From the NCBI GenBank assembly GCA_031458695.1, contig JAVKJW010000005.1, positions 1 through 64,000 of the forward strand: a DNA stretch of 64,000 nt. Direction: 5' to 3'. Made by a program: the position numbers and the translations under genes. This DNA comes from Candidatus Thermofontivivens primus. GTDB lineage: Bacteria; Sysuimicrobiota; Sysuimicrobiia; Sysuimicrobiales; Thermofontiviventaceae. Numbering within the stretch: position 1 is the first letter of the stretch; every line of letters begins with the position of its first letter. Positions 10,894-20,794 of this stretch are shown piece by piece. The notes beneath the pieces are model-generated. The model worked only from the letters and a program-made list of their open reading frames with translations, did not search any database and was not told where the DNA came from.

Positions 10894-11175
10894 ATGGTTG
10901 TTGGCATCTTGCACATTGAGCTGAGCCTCACTTCTCCCACTAGCCTGAAGGAGAAGCGGAGGATTTTGAAAGGGTTGATGGATCGCCTGCGCGGGCGGTT
11001 CAACATCAGCATCGCCGAGGTCGACCACCAGGACTCCTGGCAGAGGGCGAGCTTGGCCGTTGCCCATGTGAGCAACCACTCCGACCCGGTCTACCGTGTG
11101 CTTTCTCAAGTGATGAATTTCATTGAACGCGAGGGGGAAATCGTGGTTCTCGATTACACCATTGAGCTGCGATGA
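10894..11175 (+). CDS. ylxP: DUF503 (YlxP) protein
   Basis: SLKEKRRILK, RFNISIAEVDHQDSWQR; between infB and rbfA. Confidence 0.92.
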   Translation: MVVGILHIELSLTSPTSLKEKRRILKGLMDRLRGRFNISIAEVDHQDSWQRASLAVAHVSNHSDPVYRVLSQVMNFIEREGEIVVLDYTIELR

Positions 11176-11206
11176 TCTCTCCCCCGTTCCCATGGAGGGA
11201 CTACCT

Positions 11207-11716
11207 ATGCGCCCGCTCCGCCTCGACCGATTGCGCGAGCTTATGAAGGAAGAGCTGAGTACCATCATCCAGCAGGAAATGAAAGATCCTCGTGTAGGCT
11301 TCGTCTCGATTACCGACGTGGAGTTGAGCTCCGACCTGCGGCACGCCAAGGTGTTTGTCAGCGTGTACGGGGATGACCAGGCCAAGGCACAGACAATGGA
11401 GGCACTAGAAGGGGCCCTGGGGTTCATCCGCACCGAGCTCGGTAGGCGGATCAAGGTCCATCACATCCCCGAGATCACCTTCCGCCTGGATGACTCCATT
11501 GAGCGAGGGACACGGGTCATCCAGCTCCTCCGGCAGGTGACGCATGGTACAGCCTCTACCCAAAGCGAAAGCTTTGCTCCCTCCCGACGTTCAGACCAGG
11601 CTCCTAAGGGCTCGATCCTTCCCCCTCAAGAGCATCAACCTGATGACCTAGACGGGTCTGGGGAGAGCGGACATCATGACGAACACGCTCCAGAGGATCG
11701 CGACGACACTCGCTGA
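11207..11716 (+). CDS. rbfA: 30S ribosome-binding factor A, with a C-terminal extension
   Basis: MKDPRVGFVSITDVELSSDLRHAKVFVS, PEITFRLDDSIERG. Start moved to the ATG after GGAGG. Confidence 0.95.
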   Translation: MRPLRLDRLRELMKEELSTIIQQEMKDPRVGFVSITDVELSSDLRHAKVFVSVYGDDQAKAQTMEALEGALGFIRTELGRRIKVHHIPEITFRLDDSIERGTRVIQLLRQVTHGTASTQSESFAPSRRSDQAPKGSILPPQEHQPDDLDGSGESGHHDEHAPEDRDDTR

Positions 11717-12671
11717 GGCTCGAACCATCCTCATTATCTGTCACATCAGTCCTGATGGGGATTGCTTGGGGTCAAGCCTCGCCCTCGCGTTTGCCCTGGG
11801 GAGGCTTGGGAAGGAGGTTTCTGTGGGGAGTCCTGACGGCGTCCCAGAGATCTATCGTTTCCTCCCAGGGAGCGAGCGCATCCTTAGGGCCGAGGAGTGG
11901 GGGGCACGTGCAGATGGGGAGCTCGACGTCGCTGTAATGGTTGAATGCAGCACCCTGGACCGGGCCGGGGGATTTAAGGATTTCGTCCTGCAGGCGAGGC
12001 GGGTGGTGAACCTGGACCACCACATGACTCAGCCGAACTATGGAGATCTTCTCTACTGGGATCCGCAGGTTTCGGCTCTTGGAGAGATTGTCTACGATCT
12101 CATCCATCTCCTTGGGGTGGAGGTGGATGGGGCAATTGCGACGTGCTTGATGACAGCCATCGTCACGGATACCGGCGCTTTCCGCTTCCCCAATGTGAGC
12201 CCACGCACTCTGCGCATTGCTGCAGATCTCATGGAGCGTGGGGTTCACCCCAGCGAGGTGGTCACGCAGGTCTACGACTCCCGGTCGGTGGGGAGTGCAA
12301 GGATCCTCGGCCTTGCCCTGACCAACCTCAAGGTAAGCCCAGACGGCTCGGTCGCCTGGACGGTGATTACCCAAAAGATGCTGGAAGAAGCAGGAGCGAA
12401 GCCAGAGGACGCGACAGGGATCATCCAGGTGCTCCGCGGGATCCGGGGGGTAAAGGTCGCCCTAGTCTTTGAGGAGAACGCGGAAGGGATCAAGGTCGGG
12501 ATCCGAGCCAGGGATGGCGCGCGCGCCAACGTCATCGCCGAGAGCTTTGGTGGCGGGGGGCACGTAGGGGCGGGTGGGTTCACGCTGCAAGGAACCCTTG
12601 AAGAAGTAGTGGAGCGCACGCTCCGGCGCGTATACGCAGAGCTCCATGACTGCGGATTGCAGAGCGCATAA
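11676..12671 (+). CDS. nrnA: DHH/DHHA1 bifunctional oligoribonuclease/PAP phosphatase
   Basis: HISPDGDCLGS, NLDHH, IVTDTGAF, FGGGGHVGAGG. Confidence 0.93.
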   Translation: MTNTLQRIATTLAEARTILIICHISPDGDCLGSSLALAFALGRLGKEVSVGSPDGVPEIYRFLPGSERILRAEEWGARADGELDVAVMVECSTLDRAGGFKDFVLQARRVVNLDHHMTQPNYGDLLYWDPQVSALGEIVYDLIHLLGVEVDGAIATCLMTAIVTDTGAFRFPNVSPRTLRIAADLMERGVHPSEVVTQVYDSRSVGSARILGLALTNLKVSPDGSVAWTVITQKMLEEAGAKPEDATGIIQVLRGIRGVKVALVFEENAEGIKVGIRARDGARANVIAESFGGGGHVGAGGFTLQGTLEEVVERTLRRVYAELHDCGLQSA

Positions 12672-12692
12672 GGTCCCAGATCCAACATTGCG

Positions 12693-13595
12693 ATGGACGG
12701 TATTCTCCTTGTCGTAAAACCCATTGGCATGACCTCCTTCGACGTGGTCAGCTACATTCGCCGCAAGCTGCGCCTGAGAAAGGTCGGCCACACGGGCACC
12801 CTTGACCCAGGTGCAAGCGGGATCCTCGTCCTGTGCTTGGAGAAGGCCACCCGTATCGCAGAGTTCCTCCTTGAGAAGGACAAGGAGTATCGGTTCGAGA
12901 TGACTTTGGGGAAAGCGACGACAACAGGGGACGCCTATGGGGACGTGACCTTCCAGGCGGAGAGGGTGAATATCTCTGAAAGCCAGCTCCGAGAGGTTCT
13001 GGGAAGGTTCGTGGGGGAGATCGTTCAAATCCCACCAATGGCCTCTGCCGTGCACGTCCAGGGGAAGCGCCTCTATGAGCTGGCCAGGAAAGGGGTCGAG
13101 GCGACCCCTCCTCCCCGGAAGGTCACAATTTACCGCCTGGAACTCCTGAAGTTTTACCCAGAGGATCCCCCGCGTGCCCTCCTTCACATCGCCTGCTCCA
13201 AAGGGACGTATGTCCGCAGGCTTTGCCTTGACATCGGCGAGGCCTTGGGGTGTGGGGCTTATGCTTCGTTCATGCTCCGGACAAGGATTGGCAGGTTTAC
13301 TTTAGACCAGGCCCTGACTCTGGAGGAGGTAGATGATCTTGCCGCGCGGGGGGAGATCCAGGACCACCTCCTCTCCATGGACGAGGCGCTCCTCGATCTC
13401 CCGGCGATTCAGGTGAGTGCCGCCCAGCGGAGCCTCCTCATTCACGGCCAGCCTATTCCACTGTGGAAGGTGAGATGGGGAGGGGTGGATCAGGAGAGGG
13501 GGATTATCCGGTTGCGGGATGAGAGAGGGCTACTTGCCCTCGCCATGGTCAAGCAGGGATACCTGCGTCCCATCAAGGTCCTCAGGGGCCCTTGA
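12693..13595 (+). CDS. truB: tRNA pseudouridine(55) synthase
   Basis: KVGHTGTLDP, QIPPMASA, GKRLYELARKG, CSKGTYVR. Confidence 0.96.
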   Translation: MDGILLVVKPIGMTSFDVVSYIRRKLRLRKVGHTGTLDPGASGILVLCLEKATRIAEFLLEKDKEYRFEMTLGKATTTGDAYGDVTFQAERVNISESQLREVLGRFVGEIVQIPPMASAVHVQGKRLYELARKGVEATPPPRKVTIYRLELLKFYPEDPPRALLHIACSKGTYVRRLCLDIGEALGCGAYASFMLRTRIGRFTLDQALTLEEVDDLAARGEIQDHLLSMDEALLDLPAIQVSAAQRSLLIHGQPIPLWKVRWGGVDQERGIIRLRDERGLLALAMVKQGYLRPIKVLRGP

Positions 13596-13664
13596 TCCAC
13601 TTGCCCACTCAGAGGTCCTCAAATCCTGTCCGCGGAGATGCAAAAAGACCGGGGGAATCAAGGT

Positions 13665-14621
13665 ATGGAAGTCTACCACGGGGTTGATGCTTTCCAACCG
13701 CCTGGAAGGCCCGTGTTCCTTGCCCTGGGGATGTTCGATGGAGTTCATCGCGGGCACCAACATCTGGTCCGCTCCCTCCTCGAGCGCTCGAGGAGGATGG
13801 GAGGCTTCGCCGTCGTCTCCACGTTTGATCCGCATCCCCTCAAGGTTCTCTCCTCACCATCCTATCCGTTTCTCCTTACTACCCTGGAGGAGCGCCTTTC
13901 CTTGCTCGAACGCTTGGGTATCGACGCGGTCCTGATCTTCCCTTTTACCCAGACCTTCCGCCAGATCTCCCCCGAGGCTTTCATCCAAGAGATCCTTGTT
14001 GCCAAGCTGGGGGTCCGGGAGGTCTTTGTGGGTCCCCATCACACTTTTGGAAGGGACCGTCGGGGGAATGTGGATCTGCTGCGAAGGATGGGGGAGACCC
14101 TAGGGTTCCTGGTCCACGTGGTCGAGCCTCTCTCCGTCGAGGGAACGCTTGTGAGTAGCTCCTTCATCCGCGATCTCCTACGCCGTGGGGAGGTGGACGT
14201 GGCTAACAAGTTCCTTGGCAGGTACTATAGCCTCCGAGGGGTCGTCGTGGCAGGTGAGCGGAGGGGGAGCGAGCTAGGCTACCCCACGGCGAATCTCCTT
14301 CCTCCCGAAGACAAGCTTATTCCCGGAAACGGTGTCTACGCGGGTGTCGCATCCCTTTCCCAGGAACGTTTCCCCGCCGTCATCAATGTCGGGGTGAGGC
14401 CGACCTTCGGCGGTCAGCGCCTCGTCGTGGAAGCTCATTTACTGGATTTCCAGGGGGAGATCTACGGCCAGCACATCGACCTTGCGTTCGTCAAACGGCT
14501 TCGTGATGAGCAGAAGTTCGTCAACCCGGGTGCCCTCGCAGCACAGATCGCCCAGGACATCTCCCTGGCCCGGGAATCTCTCCACGACCTCCTCGCGAAA
14601 GCCGACCCGCTTTCGGAATAA
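13665..14621 (+). CDS. ribF: Bifunctional riboflavin kinase/FAD synthetase
   Basis: LGMFDGVHRGHQ, TFDPHP, VSSSFIR, LGYPTANL, VEAHLLDF. Confidence 0.96.
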   Translation: MEVYHGVDAFQPPGRPVFLALGMFDGVHRGHQHLVRSLLERSRRMGGFAVVSTFDPHPLKVLSSPSYPFLLTTLEERLSLLERLGIDAVLIFPFTQTFRQISPEAFIQEILVAKLGVREVFVGPHHTFGRDRRGNVDLLRRMGETLGFLVHVVEPLSVEGTLVSSSFIRDLLRRGEVDVANKFLGRYYSLRGVVVAGERRGSELGYPTANLLPPEDKLIPGNGVYAGVASLSQERFPAVINVGVRPTFGGQRLVVEAHLLDFQGEIYGQHIDLAFVKRLRDEQKFVNPGALAAQIAQDISLARESLHDLLAKADPLSE

Positions 14622-14656
14622 TCCCCTTCCGCACTGCAAAGAGGGCGAACCGTTTG

Positions 14657-14685
14657 TTGTCACCCTCGTGGCTTTGTGTTAGAAT
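14657..14685 (+). promoter_or_regulatory. sigma70/sigmaA-type promoter of rpsO
   Basis: TTGTCA-17 nt-TAGAAT with extended -10 TG. Confidence 0.7.
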
Positions 14686-14848
14686 AGTTCACGACCTTGG
14701 CTGGGAAGGTGCCGAAACACCCTGCAGCGTGCGAGGAGATCTGCAGGGTGCAAAAGGACCATGTGCACGCCTCCGTTGGTACGTAGACACCCTCTCGGCC
14801 TAAGGCGACGGTCCTGCACACCAGATGGTGTGGGAGGGAGGCGGAATA

Positions 14849-15118
14849 ATGGGATTGGATAAGGAGGTTAAAGCCTCGCTGATTGCTCAGTTCAGGAGGC
14901 ACCCTACGGACACAGGCTCTCCAGAAGTCCAGATTGCCCTGCTTACTCAGCGCATCAACCAGTTGACGGAGCACCTGAAGGTCCACCGGAAGGACCTCCA
15001 CTCGCGCCGGGGTCTTTTAAAGATGGTCAGCCTGAGGCGCCGGTTGCTCAATTACTTGAGCAAGACCGATGTGGAGCGCTACCGGATGGTCCTGGAACGC
15101 TTAGGCCTCCGGCGCTGA
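14849..15118 (+). CDS. rpsO: 30S ribosomal protein S15
   Basis: [36 protein letters not shown]. Confidence 0.98.
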   Translation: MGLDKEVKASLIAQFRRHPTDTGSPEVQIALLTQRINQLTEHLKVHRKDLHSRRGLLKMVSLRRRLLNYLSKTDVERYRMVLERLGLRR

Positions 15119-15127
15119 GAGTTCTCG

Positions 15128-15149
15128 GGGAGCGGGGATACCCGCTCTT
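15128..15149 (+). terminator. Possible terminator/processing hairpin between rpsO and pnp
   Basis: GAGCGGG-GATA-CCCGCTC stem with only a weak T tail. Confidence 0.4.
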
Positions 15150-15233
15150 CATTCATTATCAAAAAGTGGCGCCCGAGCAGGGTGTTGGCGAGGAGAGGGG
15201 AAGGAATCTATTGTCAATGAGGAGGTCCCATGC

Positions 15234-17468
15234 ATGTCGATCATTTCTTCGATCGCAGGAGCTATCACCACTGTCGAGCTTGAGGTAGCTGGACGGAAAC
15301 TATCCATTGAGACGGGAAGGCTCGCAAAGCAGGCAAACGGCTCCGTACTGGTCCGATACGGGGATACCGTGGTGCTTGTGACCGCTTGTGCCTCTGCGGA
15401 GCCTCGTCCGGATATCGACTTTCTCCCCCTCACCGTGGATCTCGAGGAGAAGATGTACGCGGCGGGGAAGATCCCTGGGGGGTTCTTCAAGCGGGAAGGG
15501 AGGCCCGGGGAACGGGCGATCCTCTCCGCCCGCCTCATTGACCGCCCCATCCGGCCCCTCTTCCCCAAGGGATTCCGGAACGATGTCCAGGTCATCGCCA
15601 CAGTGCTCTCCGCGGACCAGGAGAACGCCCCGGATCTCTTGGGGCTCATTGGGGCGTCGGCGGCCCTTTCCATCTCCGATATCCCCTGGAACGGTCCCAT
15701 TGGCGCTGTCCGCATCGGGCTTGTGAATGGGGAGTTCGTCATCAATCCGACCCTTCGCCAGATCGAGACGCAAAGTGCCCTGGATCTCGTCGTGGCCGCA
15801 TCTGAGGATGGGATCCTGATGGTCGAAGCCGGGGCAAAGGAGATCCCAGAGGAGCGCATCCTGGACGCCCTGGACCTCGCTTTTGCTGAGATCAAGCGGA
15901 TCATCGCCATCCAGCGCGAGCTGGTGAGCAGGGCTGGGAAGCCCAAGCGAGAGGTCCCCCTCTTCCTCCCTGAACTAGAGGTAGAGGAGGCCGTCCGGGT
16001 CCTCGCAGAAGAGAAGCTTTCCCTAGCCCTGCGCAATTCGGACAAAGTGGGCAGGGAAGAGGCTATCCGGCAGGTTGAACGAGAGACGCTGGAGCAGCTT
16101 GCAGAGCGGTTTGCTGGCCGGGAGCTGGAGGTCAAGGCTGCGTTCCAGTCCCTGATGAAGTCCTTGGTACGCCGGATGATCCTCCACGAAGGGATCCGTC
16201 CTGATGGAAGAACTGCGAAGGAGATCAGGCCGGTGAGCTGTGACGTGGGACTCCTTCCAAGGGTGCATGGCTCAGGGTTCTTCCAGCGTGGACAGACCCA
16301 GGTCCTGACCACATGCACCCTGGGGACTGGGGAGGACGAGCAAATCCTGGATGACCTGGGGATCGTGGAGAGGAAGCGCTTCATGCATCACTACTACATG
16401 CCCCCCTATAGCACCGGGGAGGTCCGGCCGTTGCGGAGTCCTGGCCGCAGGGAGATTGGACATGGGGCGCTCGCTGAGCGGGCTCTGGCGCCTTTGATCC
16501 CACCCGAGGAGGAGTTCCCCTACACCATCCGGCTTGTCTCCGAGGTTTTGGAGTCCAACGGGTCCACCTCCATGGCGTCGGTGTGCGGCTCCTCCCTTGC
16601 GCTCATGGACGCGGGTGTCCCCATCAAGAGTCACGTCGGGGGGATCGCCATGGGCTTGATCACCGACGAGGAGGGAAGGGTGGCGATCCTCACGGACATC
16701 CAAGGGATCGAGGATGCCATGGGGGATATGGATTTCAAGGTCGCTGGGACGCGGAAGGGGATCACGGCCCTCCAAATGGACATCAAGGTGGCAGGGCTTT
16801 CCCGGGAGGTCATGGCACAAGCCCTCGCTCAGGCCCGGGAGGCGCGGGAGTTCATCATTGGGAAGATGGAGGAGGTTATTAGAGCGCCAAGGCCTACCCT
16901 CTCCCCATTTGCCCCGAGGATCACCACCATCGAGATCAACCCCGAGAAGATCCGGGAGGTCATCGGGCCCGGCGGGAAGATGATCAATAAGATCATTGCG
17001 GAGACAGGAGTAAAGATCGAAGTCGAGCAGGATGGGAAGATCCACATCGCCTCCCCCGATGAGGAGGCAAACAGGAAGGCCGTGAAGATGATCGAGGAGA
17101 TTGTCCGGGAGGTGAAGGTGGGGGAGGTCTACATTGGGCGAGTCACCAGGGTGACGAACTTCGGGGCGTTTGTAGAGGTCCTCCCGGGAAAGGAAGGGCT
17201 CGTGCACATCTCCGAGCTTTCCGACAAGAGGGTCGACCGGGTAGAGGATGTGGTGAAGGTTGGCGAGGAGATCCTGGTCAAGGTGAAAGAGATCGATGCG
17301 CATGGGCGTATCAACCTCACTCGCCGGGGGACCCTCCCGCAGGAGGACGGCCAAGAACCTAGCGAGAGGCCACAGCGAAAACGGCCTCCCCGGAGGCGGA
17401 GGGAACAGAGGCCAAAGCGTCCCCGGAGAGAAGGACCCCCGCTAGGGGGACAGAGTGCCCCTCAGTAA
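15234..17468 (+). CDS. pnp: Polyribonucleotide nucleotidyltransferase (PNPase)
   Basis: [60 protein letters not shown] and S1 domains. Confidence 0.98.
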   Translation: MSIISSIAGAITTVELEVAGRKLSIETGRLAKQANGSVLVRYGDTVVLVTACASAEPRPDIDFLPLTVDLEEKMYAAGKIPGGFFKREGRPGERAILSARLIDRPIRPLFPKGFRNDVQVIATVLSADQENAPDLLGLIGASAALSISDIPWNGPIGAVRIGLVNGEFVINPTLRQIETQSALDLVVAASEDGILMVEAGAKEIPEERILDALDLAFAEIKRIIAIQRELVSRAGKPKREVPLFLPELEVEEAVRVLAEEKLSLALRNSDKVGREEAIRQVERETLEQLAERFAGRELEVKAAFQSLMKSLVRRMILHEGIRPDGRTAKEIRPVSCDVGLLPRVHGSGFFQRGQTQVLTTCTLGTGEDEQILDDLGIVERKRFMHHYYMPPYSTGEVRPLRSPGRREIGHGALAERALAPLIPPEEEFPYTIRLVSEVLESNGSTSMASVCGSSLALMDAGVPIKSHVGGIAMGLITDEEGRVAILTDIQGIEDAMGDMDFKVAGTRKGITALQMDIKVAGLSREVMAQALAQAREAREFIIGKMEEVIRAPRPTLSPFAPRITTIEINPEKIREVIGPGGKMINKIIAETGVKIEVEQDGKIHIASPDEEANRKAVKMIEEIVREVKVGEVYIGRVTRVTNFGAFVEVLPGKEGLVHISELSDKRVDRVEDVVKVGEEILVKVKEIDAHGRINLTRRGTLPQEDGQEPSERPQRKRPPRRRREQRPKRPRREGPPLGGQSAPQ

Positions 17469-17501
17469 GAGAACGACCCCTACTGCAACGATAGGAGAAA
17501 C

Positions 17502-18794
17502 ATGATGCAAGAGACCAGGAAGAAGACAGTCCTGGAGAACGGGCTTATTGTTGTCACAGAGAGGATGCCACACGTTCGCACCTTGGCCTTGGGCATCTGG
17601 ATCGGCGCCGGGCCACGGTACGAAGAGGACCATATTGCAGGGGTCTCGCACTTCATTGAGCATGTGCTCTTCAAGGGGACGGAAAACCGGACAGCCCTGG
17701 ACATCGCTAAGGCCATCGATGCCATTGGAGGGCAAATGAACGCCTTTACGGACAAGGAGCTCACTTGTTTTTACGTGCGCGTCCTCAGCAAACACCTCCC
17801 TCTCGCCGTAGAGATCCTCGCGGATATGCTCCTCCACGCTACCTTTGACCGCGAAGCCATTGAGACCGAACGACAGGTGATCCTCGAAGAGATCAAGATG
17901 TACGAGGACTCGCCTGATGAGATGGTGCAGGACCTGTTCGTCCAAGCCATTTGGGACGGTCACCCGCTGGGACGCCCTGTCCTTGGGAACGAGGATTCCA
18001 TTTCCCGGTTGCAGCGAGAGGATTTGGTGGCCTATGTAGCTGGACGGTATCATCCCTTCAACACCGTGGTCAGCGTGGCGGGGGAAGTGGACCATGAGGA
18101 AGTCGTGGATCTCCTCAGGAAGCACTTCGGGTCCTGGCAAGGGAGACCTCTTACCTATGACCTGGATCCTCCCAAACACTCTCCTGGTGTGACGTTCCGG
18201 TCCAAAGAGACCGAGCAAGTCCATCTCTGCCTGGGAACACGGGGGCTTCCTCAAGCCCATCAGGACAGGTTCGTGGCGGCAGTCCTTGACAACATCCTTG
18301 GCGGTGGGATGAGCTCCCGTCTGTTCCAGGAGATCCGCGAGCGTCGGGGGCTCGTGTACACGATCAGTTCCTACCTAGCCGCTTACCGGGAGGGGGGGCT
18401 TGTGGTGATCTATGCAGGCATGAGCCCGGAGACGGGCCCGGAAGTCGTCCGCCTCACCCTCCAGGAAATCGAGCGGTTGAAGAAGGAGGGGGTTCCCCCG
18501 GAGGAGCTGGAGAGGGCCAAGGAGTCCCTGAAGGGGAGTCTCATGCTTTCCTTGGAAAGCACGACGAACCGCATGACCAGCTTGGCCAGGAGTGAGATCT
18601 ACTATGGGCGCCAGTTCACGCTGGATGAAATCCTGGAGGGGATCGACGCCGTCACCGCCGATGCGGTCCAGCGGTTGGCACGAGAGCTTTTCCAGCCTGG
18701 CCACTTAGCCCTAGCGGCTGTTGGCCCGTTTAACGGGAACAAGGACCTTCAGGACCGAATCCGGCGAGAGGTCGAGGCTTACGCGACCGCATAA
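17502..18794 (+). CDS. M16 (pitrilysin) family zinc peptidase
   Basis: Inverted zinc motif HFIEH, MNAFTDKE, LGGGMSSRLFQEIRE; follows pnp. Confidence 0.93.
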   Translation: MMQETRKKTVLENGLIVVTERMPHVRTLALGIWIGAGPRYEEDHIAGVSHFIEHVLFKGTENRTALDIAKAIDAIGGQMNAFTDKELTCFYVRVLSKHLPLAVEILADMLLHATFDREAIETERQVILEEIKMYEDSPDEMVQDLFVQAIWDGHPLGRPVLGNEDSISRLQREDLVAYVAGRYHPFNTVVSVAGEVDHEEVVDLLRKHFGSWQGRPLTYDLDPPKHSPGVTFRSKETEQVHLCLGTRGLPQAHQDRFVAAVLDNILGGGMSSRLFQEIRERRGLVYTISSYLAAYREGGLVVIYAGMSPETGPEVVRLTLQEIERLKKEGVPPEELERAKESLKGSLMLSLESTTNRMTSLARSEIYYGRQFTLDEILEGIDAVTADAVQRLARELFQPGHLALAAVGPFNGNKDLQDRIRREVEAYATA

Positions 18795-18870
18795 GCAAGC
18801 TACCCCGCCAAATCCTCTGGTGGCGCTCTATAGAACATGCTCGTTTCTATCGGGAGGAGGCTAAAGGAGC

Positions 18871-19680
18871 ATGAACGAACCGATCCGCGTGGCGGTCTCT
18901 GGGGCTGCAGGGAGGATGGGGAGGGCGTCCATCCGGGCCATCACCCGGGAGAAGGATATGATCCTGGTGGGGGCGCTGGGTCGGTCGAACGGCCTAGGTC
19001 GGGATGCGGGGGAGCTTGCAGGCGTTGGACCCTTGGGGGTGGCGATCACCGGGGATCTCGAGGGGATGCTCCAAGGTTCTCATCCTCATGTCCTCGTGGA
19101 CTTCGCTCCAGGGCCTGCCGCCGTCGCCAACGGCAAGCAGGCCATCCTGCGAGGGGTACGCCCTGTCATTGGGGGGACGGGAATGAGCGAGGCAGAAGTC
19201 GAAGAACTCTCCTCCCTTGCCAGGGAACGGGGTGTGGGGGCTGTAGTCGCCCCCAACTTTGCCCTTGGCGCAGTCCTTATGATGACCTTCGCTCGCCAAG
19301 CGGCGCGCTTCTTCCCTCACGTGGAGATTGTCGAGCTCCATCACGACAAGAAGCGCGACGCTCCCTCAGGCACGGCTATCAAGACTGCCCGTCTCCTCGC
19401 TCGCGAACGGAAGGATGTTCCTCAACCTATGGGGAAAGAAGAGGAGGTCGTCCCTGGGGCCCGCGGGGGGGCTGTCGAAGGGATCCGCATCCACAGCATC
19501 CGGCTTCCAGGGCTCATTGCCCACCAGGAAGTGATCTTTGGTTCCCCGGGCCAGACGTTGACGATCCGCCATGACTCTTACTCCGAGGAGTCGTTCATGC
19601 CCGGCCTCCTCCTCGCCATCCGGAAGGTCCTCACCCTGGACCACCTGGTCGTGGGCATAGAACCACTCCTTGGGCTATAG
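18871..19680 (+). CDS. dapB: 4-hydroxy-tetrahydrodipicolinate reductase
   Basis: GAAGRMG, APNFALG, EIVELHHDKKRDAPSGTA, HSIRLPG. Confidence 0.96.
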   Translation: MNEPIRVAVSGAAGRMGRASIRAITREKDMILVGALGRSNGLGRDAGELAGVGPLGVAITGDLEGMLQGSHPHVLVDFAPGPAAVANGKQAILRGVRPVIGGTGMSEAEVEELSSLARERGVGAVVAPNFALGAVLMMTFARQAARFFPHVEIVELHHDKKRDAPSGTAIKTARLLARERKDVPQPMGKEEEVVPGARGGAVEGIRIHSIRLPGLIAHQEVIFGSPGQTLTIRHDSYSEESFMPGLLLAIRKVLTLDHLVVGIEPLLGL

Positions 19681-19719
19681 GCCTGGAAGAAATCACAGTA
19701 CATCACAGGGAGGGCAGGA

Positions 19720-20760
19720 ATGGCACGGTACGCGGTAGCTGTGATCGGCGCCACAGGGGCAGTTGGGAAGACCATCGTCAAGGTCCTGGAGGAGCGTTCC
19801 TTTCCAGTCCGAGAGTTACGTCTGGGGGCCACCGCCCGCTCCAGTGGCCAGGTGCTCACTTTTCATGGGGAGCCGGTGAAGGTCCAGGAGACAAAAGAGG
19901 AGCTCTTCCGTGGGATCGACCTCGCCTTGTTCGCGGGGGGTGATACCAGCAGCGAGCAATATGCATGGAGGATTGCCAGAAATGGAACAGTGGTCGTAGA
20001 CAACTCCTCGACTTTCCGTCTGGACCCGCGTGTCCCCCTGGTGATCCCGGAGATCAACGCGCACACCTTGCGTGATCACCAGGGGGTCGTCGCCAACCCC
20101 AATTGTTCTACCATCATCATGCTGCTCGCCCTGGTTCCCCTCCACCGCGCCGCAGGTGTACGGCGCGCAGTGGTCGCTACCTATCAGTCGGTCTCTGGAG
20201 CAGGGATCGCTGCGATGGACGCTTTGCAGGAGCAACTTCGAGCGCTCCTGCCCCATCCTGAGTTGCTCATGAACGGCGCCTCTCCAGAAGAGATCGAAGC
20301 ATTTGCGGGAACCCAGAGCCCCATCGCTTTCAACCTTTTGTTCCAGTGGCCTATCGCGGAGGAGGGGTTCACCACCGAGGAGTGGAAGATGATCCGGGAG
20401 ACCCAGAAGATCGTTGGAGAGGCCATTCCTATTGCTCCCACCACAGTCCGCGTCCCCTCCATGGTGGGCCATGGGATCGCCCTCACTGTGGAACTCAACC
20501 GATCGCTCTCCCCAGAGGAGGCCAAGGAGATCTTGCGCCAGGCCGAAGGCGTGGAGGTATTGGACGAACCCTCCACTGGGCGCTTTCCCATGCCCATCTA
20601 CGCCGCGGGGCGTGACCCCGTCTACGTTGGCCGCATCCGCCGTGATCCTACCGTACCCGCAGGGCTCCACCTCTGGGTGGTAGGGGACAACCTGCGCAAG
20701 GGAGCCGCTTTGAACGCCGTCCAGATTGCCGAGACGATGATCTCCATGGGGCTCCTTTGA
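19720..20760 (+). CDS. asd: Aspartate-semialdehyde dehydrogenase
   Basis: GATGAVG, VDNSSTFR, ANPNCST, TYQSVSGAG, DNLRKGAALNAVQIAE. Confidence 0.97.
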   Translation: MARYAVAVIGATGAVGKTIVKVLEERSFPVRELRLGATARSSGQVLTFHGEPVKVQETKEELFRGIDLALFAGGDTSSEQYAWRIARNGTVVVDNSSTFRLDPRVPLVIPEINAHTLRDHQGVVANPNCSTIIMLLALVPLHRAAGVRRAVVATYQSVSGAGIAAMDALQEQLRALLPHPELLMNGASPEEIEAFAGTQSPIAFNLLFQWPIAEEGFTTEEWKMIRETQKIVGEAIPIAPTTVRVPSMVGHGIALTVELNRSLSPEEAKEILRQAEGVEVLDEPSTGRFPMPIYAAGRDPVYVGRIRRDPTVPAGLHLWVVGDNLRKGAALNAVQIAETMISMGLL

Positions 20761-20794
20761 CGCAGCTCTCAGGTATCAGGGTCCTCCTGCGATC

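Noticed and set aside
17340..17468. Arg-rich C-terminal tail of PNPase
   Set aside because: Basic disordered tails after the S1 domain are common in PNPases.
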